DNA from: Eledone cirrhosa
Lineage: Eukaryota
Length of the DNA: 36,798 nucleotides
Reading direction: 5' to 3'
Assembly: GCA_964016885.1 (NCBI GenBank)
Contig: CAXHJY010000216.1
Span: 1-36,798 of the forward strand
Position 1 is the first letter of the stretch. The number at the start of each line of letters is the position of its first letter. Made by a program: the position numbers and the translations under genes. Under the pieces are notes generated by a model. It made no database searches. It had not been told where the DNA came from and was given only the letters and a program-made list of their open reading frames with translations. Shown here in pieces: positions 32,601 through 36,798 of the stretch.

Positions 32601-34276
32601 ATTAAATGATAATGATGAAACAAACTCAAATATATAAATGAAAACCCAGCTGAAGAACCAATGCCAAAACCGGGACGTATGTAAAGCGAGATGTTGCCCC
32701 TCCACCATCGCTAGAAAGGGTCCCGTCTAGAGAGCAGTGGCTTCGATCAAGTACTGATCTAGTCTGTGACGACCTGTTCACCCATGCCTGCTTGGAAAAA
32801 ACTGATGTTAATTTAGATTTTAAATAAAATGGCGTTACCATAAAGCTGTGTATATATATATTGTATATAAACACACACAAATCTATGCATGTCTATTCAG
32901 TTAATTGATATCAGAAATGTGGAAAGTTAGTTCTCTAGATATTTTTATTTATTATTTGTCCCTGTTGCATTAGACGTAGTTTTGGGATTCCCTTGCGTCA
33001 ACTTTATTACTCCCCACCACCAAACTGTAGTTACAAACACATCTGCCCCAAAACAAGATGAGTTCGGATCGACCTGCTAGAAATAGCAAGCAAAAGTTCA
33101 TCCATTCATAACGAATTTTCTTTATGAAATATTGAGGACACATGATAATGTAGTCCTGAACATATATTAATGCCTGTGGATAAAACAAGATGGTCGTGAC
33201 TGGAACGTCTTTCATCTTAGTATCTGATTGGAGACTAAAGAATACGAAACAACGAAAGAGCTTCTTAGGCGTCGACTAACTCGCTAGAAACAACAGTCTA
33301 ATCTCCCTTGAATTACAACGCTACCGTCTTACAATAAAGAAACTAATGAAGGACATATTGGCTATACTCGAAATACAGGCGAGATGTTCACGAGTAGATT
33401 GCCTTAGATTATAGTTCTGCTCGATTAGGATCGACTTGGGACTAAACAGCGTTTCAGTATAGCGTGTGATCCGAAGACTGGGTGTTTGGATCCGCCTGTG
33501 CAACATTAGTGACGCAACATGACTGTACTACCATAAGGGTGAAATTTGTATTTGACCAAATCACACTTTGTCATGACTGGAAAGCCTTTAATCATGAGTC
33601 TGTCCACTAGATCAAAATTGACCTGGGTATCAAAAACTAGTTTGCTTGAGCTAACATGGAAGGCTCTACGTGGACGATTGACCTGCTAAAAATAACAGTA
33701 AAATTTACCTGAAATCTCACAATACTAGTAAAAAAGAAAAGAAAAAGACATTTGGATATTTTAGTTCTAGATATAAAAATCTGAGATATAGACGGGATGG
33801 TCATAACCGAAACACCTTTTGTCATATAACTGATCAGAGCTGGCATGGGACTAAACGGCAACACACCACTGTTTATATAAAAATACATATAAGGGATATA
33901 TAACATTGACAACAGATCTTGTTTGAAGCAAATGAAAACATCTCGTCTGAATTGCCGGATTCGTTGAGTATATACACACGCGTTAAGGTTAGGGAAAGTG
34001 GACGTTAAACGATGATATATATATATATATAATGAAAATGTCTTTACAAATACCCACATTATATTTATATATATAATGTGCGTATTTGCGAAGACATTTT
34101 CATTTTTAGTATAAAGAGAGACATTTTCATTTTCTTCAAACGAGATCTATTATCAAGAGACATTGAGTGGACATAGCGAAGGTGACAAAATACAAAGAAT
34201 ATTAGAAAGATGCTTACATGGGAGAAAGTGTTTTTGTTAACCAGGTTTTCAAAGCCTCCACATTTTCGATAATCAT
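98..34276 (-). CDS. RBM26: RNA-binding protein 26/27 orthologue (RBM26/RBM27; Drosophila swm-like), spliced, 15 coding exons in window, 3'-incomplete. Join (minus): 34276-34218, 28116-27998, 24155-23845, 22759-22686, 21990-21761, 21025-20774, 20016-19906, 18481-18365, 15791-15612, 9569-9408, 8382-8249, 4717-4568, 3638-3492, 2937-2812 (or 2731), 166-98
   Basis: Manual splicing gives an open frame with GT-AG introns and matching phases. The peptide matches the family from memory: [40 protein letters not shown] (PWI), RS repeats, [30 protein letters not shown] (CCCH), [15 protein letters not shown]...[14 protein letters not shown]...[12 protein letters not shown] (RRM), [13 protein letters not shown]26 and RBM27 are vertebrate paralogues, so this is probably the co-orthologue of both. 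Confidence 0.95.
354..750 (-). repeat. Degenerate ~47-bp tandem array derived from an RTE/SINE 3' tail
   Basis: Repeated ACTTTACAGAGTGTACTGGGTGCATTTTATCATGGCACCA units follow the tail motif GGTTTCTA..GCT.GAT.CCCTTCCTAAC. Related arrays lie at about 3810-3965 and 18615-18800. Confidence 0.75.
1034..1180 (+). mobile_element. tRNA-derived SINE (decayed)
   Basis: A-box-like GACAGAATTG, B-box-like GAGTTTAAATGCC, and the core GGTCAACCTTGCCTTTCAT shared with other copies in the window. Confidence 0.7.
1280..1485. mobile_element. piggyBac-type MITE (family A)
   Basis: TTAA at 1276-1279 and 1486-1489. Perfect 14-bp TIR CCCTTTAGCATTTA. Confidence 0.88.
1767..1983. repeat. ~47-bp-arm hairpin (1840-1887 / 1903-1949) flanked by direct CTCTACTA..ATTGAGTAC motifs; possible Penelope-like terminal remnant
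   Basis: The inverted arms and flanking motifs are read directly from the sequence. The Penelope assignment is inference. Confidence 0.55.
2257..2397 (-). mobile_element. tRNA-head SINE of a second family (CORE-like)
   Basis: Minus strand reads AGGCATGCTGTGTGGTTAAGAAG...GGTTCTATTCC...GTGGCATCTTGGCAAGTG. A second copy lies at about 23640-23785 (-) and a head fragment at about 19722-19780 (+). Confidence 0.65.
2438..2688. mobile_element. piggyBac-type MITE (family B)
   Basis: TTAA at 2434-2437 and 2689-2692, TIR CCCTTTCA. Fragments of the same family (ACCATATTTCTAATGAAA) lie at about 19656-19710, 21400-21690, 25861-26700 and 27608-27690. Confidence 0.8.
2812..2937 (-). CDS. RBM26: RBM26/27 exon 14 ([24 protein letters not shown]...VLSK); 3' boundary uncertain (2812, 2736 or 2731)
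   Basis: ACAG| acceptor and [10 protein letters not shown] motif. Candidate donors are AAG|GTAAAC (phase 0), ATG|GTAAGG (phase 1) and AAG|GTTTAT (phase 0). Confidence 0.8.
3492..3638 (-). CDS. RBM26: RBM26/27 exon 13 (ADSSAPVSS...[12 protein letters not shown]...EAGEK)
   Basis: TCAG| acceptor and AAG|GTAAAT donor, 147 nt. VKARLG matches the family VK(E/D)RLG motif. Confidence 0.9.
4568..4717 (-). CDS. RBM26: RBM26/27 exon 12, RRM second half ([17 protein letters not shown]...[23 protein letters not shown])
   Basis: TTAG| acceptor and |GTACGT donor, 150 nt, phase 0 to 0. Confidence 0.94.
5203..6494. repeat. Long near-perfect inverted repeat: arms 5203-5768 and 5909-6494, 140-nt spacer
   Basis: The arms are reverse complements apart from a few substitutions and homopolymer/microsatellite length differences. 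Confidence 0.95.
5625..5843. mobile_element. Probable Tigger/pogo-like MITE end
   Basis: Subterminal (A)CCGCGAA motifs and a terminal ACCGCAAATGCCGAGGGTACGCTGT resembling pogo/Tigger TIRs. The other end was not found. Confidence 0.45.
6517..8019 (+). mobile_element. 5'-truncated, decayed RTE-type LINE (RT C-terminal half with PHD-finger insertion, 3' UTR, (GAT)n tail)
   Basis: Motifs [14 protein letters not shown], degenerate catalytic HAVD (6697-6708), [34 protein letters not shown] and GRPRKTW. In-frame TAG at 6685-6687, frameshift near 6730, stop at 7667. The tail reads GGACGTTAAACGATGATGATG. Confidence 0.93.
6520..7667 (+). pseudogene. LINE ORF2 reverse transcriptase pseudogene fragment (includes ORF 6858-7667)
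   Basis: RT motifs as listed for the element. One stop, one frameshift, catalytic DD lost. Confidence 0.9.
8249..8382 (-). CDS. RBM26: RBM26/27 exon 11, RRM first half ([34 protein letters not shown])
   Basis: ATAG| acceptor and CAG|GTAATT donor, 134 nt, phase 1 to 0. Confidence 0.95.
8794..8950 (-). mobile_element. tRNA-derived SINE
   Basis: Reverse complement of B-box CTGAGTTCAAATCC plus the GGTCAACTTTGCCTTTCATCC core and the GTACCAGTC..TACTG tail. Confidence 0.8.
9408..9569 (-). CDS. RBM26: RBM26/27 exon 10 ([24 protein letters not shown]...QPNPP)
   Basis: Long pyrimidine tract plus CTAG| acceptor, CAG|GTTAAC donor, 162 nt, stop-free, phase 1 to 1. The peptide is poorly conserved, so support comes from splice signals and composition. 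The exon is frame-neutral and could be a cassette exon. Confidence 0.75.
10752..11133 (+). mobile_element. 3' UTR/tail of the same RTE-type LINE family with an internal tandem duplication
   Basis: Very similar to 7775-8019 and ends GGACGTTAAACGATGATGATGATG. Confidence 0.85.
11143..11356 (-). mobile_element. RTE-type LINE/SINE 3' tail (minus)
   Basis: Very similar to 35888-36051 and complementary to 10975-11025. Confidence 0.8.
12686..13810. repeat. 38-bp minisatellite, about 29 copies (GGCTATAGACATGACCATTACAGGAGGGGTGAGGGGCA)
   Basis: Near-identical tandem units with no spacers. Confidence 0.97.
13927..14185. repeat. Compound (TA/CA)n microsatellite
   Basis: Read directly from the sequence. 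Confidence 0.9.
14371..15140. repeat. 48-bp minisatellite (GTGCCACCAGCACTACCACATTACAATGCAGACTGGGTACTTTCTGCT), 7-8 conserved copies from 14421 followed by degenerate copies
   Basis: Unit starts at 14421, 14469, 14517 and onward. The unit is related to the RTE-tail subrepeat. Confidence 0.95.
15612..15791 (-). CDS. RBM26: RBM26/27 exon 9 ([21 protein letters not shown]...DISKPQ)
   Basis: Polypyrimidine tract plus CAAG| acceptor and |GTTAGT donor, 180 nt. Contains the conserved GYNPEAP motif. Confidence 0.92.
15830..16370. repeat. Long compound (TA/CA)n microsatellite with 20-22-bp higher-order units
   Basis: For example ATACATATGTATATACACATAT repeated at about 16220-16330. Confidence 0.9.
16372..16474. 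repeat. Branched palindrome (three-way junction) followed by the CTCTACTA..ATTGAGTAC motif
   Basis: Outer arms AATAGGAAC.AGTAGGACCC / GGGTCCTACT.GTTCCTATT. Inner perfect 18-bp palindrome ACGGCTAATTCTGGACTA-C-TAGTCCAGAATTAGCCGT. Confidence 0.85.
16546..16674 (+). mobile_element. Short 3' tail of the RTE-type LINE
   Basis: Nearly identical to 7899-8019 with a (GAT)n end. An inverted tail fragment lies at 16791-16837. Confidence 0.85.
17865..18225 (-). repeat. Three degenerate ~135-bp tandem units built on the RTE/SINE tail
   Basis: Repeated GTTTCTACAGCTGGATG..CTTCCTAA..AACCACTTTACAGAGTG..TTTTATCATGGC.CCAGCAC. Similar arrays lie at about 20215-20525 and 31975-32385. Confidence 0.7.
18365..18481 (-). 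CDS. RBM26: RBM26/27 exon 8, Pro/Gly-rich ([39 protein letters not shown])
   Basis: TTAG| acceptor and |GTAAGG donor, 117 nt, phase 1 to 1. Falls where the family has its Pro-rich region. Confidence 0.9.
19906..20016 (-). CDS. RBM26: RBM26/27 exon 7 ([37 protein letters not shown]), CCCH zinc finger
   Basis: TCAG| acceptor and |GTATGT donor, 111 nt. Closely matches the family motif. Confidence 0.95.
20774..21025 (-). CDS. RBM26: RBM26/27 exon 6, ending in RPRCRDYD (start of CCCH zinc finger)
   Basis: TTAG| acceptor and |GTAAGT donor, 252 nt, phase 1 to 1. Confidence 0.93.
21211..21395. mobile_element. piggyBac-type MITE (family A), opposite orientation to 1280-1485
   Basis: TTAA at 21207-21210 and 21396-21399, TIR CCCTTTAGCATT. 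Internal sequence is the reverse complement of the 1280 copy. Confidence 0.88.
21761..21990 (-). CDS. RBM26: RBM26/27 exon 5, RS/RD-rich region
   Basis: GCAG| acceptor and |GTAATT donor, 230 nt, phase 2 to 1. Reads DDRRRRHDD...[19 protein letters not shown]. Confidence 0.93.
22686..22759 (-). CDS. RBM26: RBM26/27 exon 4 ([25 protein letters not shown])
   Basis: GTAG| acceptor and |GTAAAT donor, with an alternative in-frame GT giving an exon end at 22692. Phase 0 to 2, which is needed to link exons 3 and 5. Confidence 0.85.
23330..23504 (-). mobile_element. tRNA-derived SINE
   Basis: Reverse complement of TGGCAGTATCGG (A box), GAGTTCAAACCCC (B box) and the GAGGTCAACTTTGCCTTTCATCC core. Confidence 0.82.
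23845..24155 (-). CDS. RBM26: RBM26/27 exon 3 ([19 protein letters not shown] followed by an N/T/S low-complexity tract)
   Basis: ACAG| acceptor and |GTGAGT donor, 311 nt, phase 1 to 0. Encodes the end of the PWI domain. Confidence 0.92.
24183..24363. repeat. Tandem dimer of a dispersed ~90-bp double-hairpin unit
   Basis: Two copies of GCTGATCAGA..GACCAATG.AACAATGTT.CCATT.GTCTTTCCATTG.TGATACTATCTGCT. Other copies lie at 12244-12306, 14200-14293 and 19195-19377 (inverted dimer). Confidence 0.8.
24375..25469 (+). mobile_element. Internally deleted piggyBac transposon
   Basis: TTAA at 24371-24374 and 25470-25473. TIR CCCTTTAGTGTTC / CCCTTTAGCATTC. Subterminal direct repeat AAAC(T/C)GCCCGAAATCGCC. 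Confidence 0.9.
24636..25225 (+). pseudogene. piggyBac (PGBD4-like) transposase N-terminal fragment, frameshifted, lacking the DDD catalytic core
   Basis: Acidic N-terminus [18 protein letters not shown], then [22 protein letters not shown], then [33 protein letters not shown], spread over three frames. Confidence 0.85.
25980..26333 (-). mobile_element. 354-bp insertion with 7-bp TSD (ACCAGCT) and GGATT-type 3' tail; unclassified retroposon
   Basis: ACCAGCT at 25973-25979 and 26334-26340. Interrupts MITE family B sequence. The minus strand ends TGGATTGGATTAGATTGA. Confidence 0.6.
26701..27607 (+). mobile_element. Non-autonomous Helitron, intact ends
   Basis: Inserted between A(26700) and T(27608) with no TSD. 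5' TC, 3' hairpin CCCGTGCAACGCCGGG (27580-27595) plus CTAG. Contains an internal duplication of its 5' segment and is nested in a MITE family B remnant. Confidence 0.88.
27715..27865 (+). mobile_element. tRNA-derived SINE
   Basis: TGGCAGAGTTG (A box), GAGTTCAAATCCC (B box) and the shared core. Confidence 0.8.
27998..28116 (-). CDS. RBM26: RBM26/27 exon 2 ([39 protein letters not shown]), PWI domain
   Basis: ACAG| acceptor and |GTAAGT donor, 119 nt, phase 2 to 1. Strong family match. Confidence 0.95.
28188..28567 (+). mobile_element. Two tandem tRNA-derived SINEs (about 28188-28352 and 28404-28567)
   Basis: Each has GCAG(G/A)ATTGGTAGA, GGTTCAAATCCCACC and the GTCAACTTT..CTTTCATCCTT core. Confidence 0.82.
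28720..31197. repeat. 46-bp minisatellite, about 53 copies (TGACAATATCTGGTCCTCATATGTCAA(T/C)TACTGTTGAAATTGTGAC), in intron 1
   Basis: Near-identical tandem units with degenerate edges and no unique spacers. Confidence 0.97.
33060..33865 (+). repeat. Cluster of about 4 decayed copies of a dispersed ~190-bp SINE-like repeat
   Basis: Repeated GACCTGCTAGAAA.A.CAG...GGACA.ATTG...GATGGTC.TGAC.GGAA...GACTAAAC. Other fragments lie at about 31520-31870 and 35205-35245. Confidence 0.55.
34218..34276 (-). CDS. RBM26: RBM26/27 coding exon 1 ([20 protein letters not shown]), start of PWI domain
   Basis: ATG at 34276 in AAGATGA context. Donor AT|GTAAGC, phase 2. Matches the family N-terminus MIIENFEALKSWLSKTLEPI. 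Confidence 0.93.
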
Positions 34277-34443
34277 CTTCTTCTTTGCTCCCTTTTCCGG
34301 TCGGTGTCAGGTTGTATGGGTACAACCAACAACAAAAGGCATGTATGTGTGTGAGTGTATATATATATATATTTTTTTTTTTTAATGAATGTATGTATGT
34401 ATGTATGTATATATATATTATATATTACATATATATATTTATA

Positions 34444-34474
<31 letters not shown>

Positions 34475-35787
34475 ATGTATATATATATATATAGAGAGAG
34501 AGAAAGGGAGAGAAAAGAGATGAGTAAATCCTCTGGCGGTAAAAATAAATAGGGAACGAGTCGTAAGTTTTTTTTTTTTAAGGGAGTGTATTGTTTTCAA
34601 TATTAATGTTATAAAGCAAAAAAAAAAAAAATCAAAATAACTAAGTGGTATTCGGACACATATGTAGCATGTATATTGTTATATTATACTATATAGATGA
34701 ATGTATATGTGTGATGTGTGTGTGTGTCCGTTCGGTAAAAATACGATATATATATCAGTCGGAATAGAATGACAATGTTGTGTCATGCACAAAATGTCCC
34801 TTTTTTTCTTGTTTAGATAGTATTATACTAATAATAATAAAATAATATAAAGTACATTTATCACATGGTTTTGTAAGGTTTTTCTTCTTATTTTCGTTTT
34901 AGAAAAAAAACACAGAGCCCAACTGTTTGATATTGATAGTGTTATATATACATATATATTGTATATATATTATATAGGTACCAATTGTTTGATGCTGATG
35001 ATGTTATATATATATATATACAAAATATATATTATATATATAACATATAATATATATATATATAATAATATATATTATAAAGGTCCCACAACACTGAATC
35101 TAAAACATGGCGTTGAAGGGAAGCAGCTTCACGTCTCACATCTCGTATTCACGAGATTAAATAAACCAATAGACGAGAATTCATTTGAGACGAGCCGCTA
35201 TGTGGTCAATCAATATGCTAGAAACAGCAGGCAAATTTTTGATCAAATAACACACACACACACTCACGCACACTCACACACACGCACACACACACATATG
35301 TCTGTCTATCTGTGTCTGTGAGTGCATCATTATCATCCCCGTTTTAGGCCAGTATCGCACGCTAGCATGGGTTGGACGAGCCATCACATTCTGAGATTAG
35401 ACAAGTCAGATGACCACGTTCCAGTTTTACATGGTTTCTATAGCTGGATGCCCTTCCGTAACAGAGTGGGCTGGCTCATTTTATGATGGAATAGAGTACA
35501 CTGAATGCATTCCATTGTAACATTGACACTATTACGATCAATGTGTCCTTGGAAGGACAGAGAGTGACCGAGTTGAGAGTGTTGGGGAGGGGGAGTTCAT
35601 GAAAGGAGGGGCACTGTTGTAGCAGGGGCAGCTACATGTTGCTTGCTGAGGGAGCCATCACTCAGGGAGAGGAGGAGGAAAAGTTAGAGAAGATGTGTAT
35701 ATATATATATATAGTTCAAGGAGACAACAAACAGAGGTACAAAAAGTCTTATTACTCTCATGCTTTATATGGAAAAGGGAAATATAC

Positions 35788-36280
35788 ATCATCACCGTTT
35801 TACGTCCGTTCTTCCACGCTGGCATGGGTTAGATGGGTTGTCCTGTTGTGGGCAATGTCCAGTCGGCTGACCTTGCCTTGCTCATACGGGAACTGATTCT
35901 GGCTTGATTTCTACAGCTGGATGCCCTTCCTAACACCAACCTCATTTACAGTGAGTACTGGGTGCTTTTTTTCCGTGGCGCCTACACGTCCACTTTACAG
36001 TGTGGGCTGGGTGCTTTTTTGCCGTGGCACCTCCACAACCACTTTGCAGTGGGGGCGTATTGTCTATGTGCTTCGGCTTGTACCTATGGGAAGTCGGGTC
36101 ATCTGTATTACTGCGTGACGCCAGAGGTCATGGTCGTGTGTCATCGCCCTTGAGAGGTGTAATTGGATATGGTCGGCTTTTATCACCTCATCCCAGGTCT
36201 TCTTGAGTTTCCCACTCCACAGTTTCCATCGACTTCTAGTGCTCTGTACCTTTTTATGCAGCTGTCATCCTTCATATGGA
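35788..36280 (-). mobile_element. 3' end of a second, more decayed copy of the RTE-type LINE family
   Basis: Minus strand HMKDDSCIKRYRALEVDG..KKTWDEVIKAD..DLWRHAVIQMTRL matches the C-terminus of ORF 6858-7667. It is followed by the same 3' UTR type and a (GAT)n-like tail. Confidence 0.85.
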
Positions 36281-36324
36281 AAAAACGACTTCAATGTCCA
36301 CTTGATATCCAAATTGCATCACTG

Positions 36325-36798
36325 GCTAGTAGAAGACATTGAGATGCTGCTCCTGTCTAGAATAAAGGCTCCATGACATGCTGTCATAGTGTGCTGAGTT
36401 ACACATGCCTTGTAGAAATGCTGGAGTTTGTAGTCAATTTTTTGTTCTCTCGGACTCTCTTGGTCAGCTGACAAATGTGAAGGTTGCTCCTCCAACTCGC
36501 CAGCTGATCTTGGGGTCCAAGGAGAGGTTGTCAGCGATGTTAGAGCCAAAGTAGACAAATTCGTGGACTACCTCCTGCTCATAGTTGTTGATGGTGATGG
36601 TAGAGGGGTGCTTGATACCTTGGCCCAGTACGTTGGTTTTCTTCAGACTAATGGTCAGACTGAATTCCTGGCAGGCCCTCGAAAGTTTGTCCATTAGGTA
36701 CTGCATTTGCTCCTCAGATTGCGCTTCCAATGCTGCATCATCCGCAAACAGCATTTCTATGATGAGTACATAACAAACCCTGGATTTCGCTTTCAACC
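36325..36798 (-). mobile_element. RTE/BovB-like LINE reverse transcriptase fragment (decayed, runs off the window)
   Basis: EMLFADDAAL catalytic motif, FSLTISLKKTNVL and EFVYFGSNI..NLSLD. Stops and frameshifts follow. Confidence 0.88.

Noticed and set aside
34065-34325. 86-aa minus ORF as the first exon
   Set aside because: It is in the wrong frame. The conserved start is the ATG at 34276, spliced at 34218.
34343-34800. Core promoter of RBM26
   Set aside because: It is expected here, but TATA-like strings cannot be told apart from TA microsatellites and there is no CpG island, so it cannot be placed.

Overview
AT-rich eukaryotic genomic DNA, dense in (TA)n/(CA)n microsatellites, tRNA-derived SINEs and RTE-type LINE tails ending in (GAT)n. 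The repeat landscape looks like a coleoid cephalopod (Octopus-like); this is inference. The window is dominated by one large minus-strand spliced gene, an RBM26/RBM27 orthologue (PWI - RS-rich - CCCH zinc finger - Pro-rich - RRM - coiled coil). I traced 15 phase-consistent GT-AG coding exons from the ATG at 34276 down to 98 (about 747-774 codons). The 3' end lies beyond the left edge. The introns hold a decayed RTE-type LINE with a PHD-type zinc finger inserted inside its reverse transcriptase, an internally deleted piggyBac with TTAA MITEs, non-autonomous Helitrons, three minisatellites (38, 48, 46 bp), two large intronic inverted repeats, and several hairpins with damaged hammerhead-ribozyme-like cores. 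Two more LINE fragments lie upstream. There is no CRISPR array and no prokaryotic system. Most ORFs in the supplied track are microsatellite or repeat artefacts.
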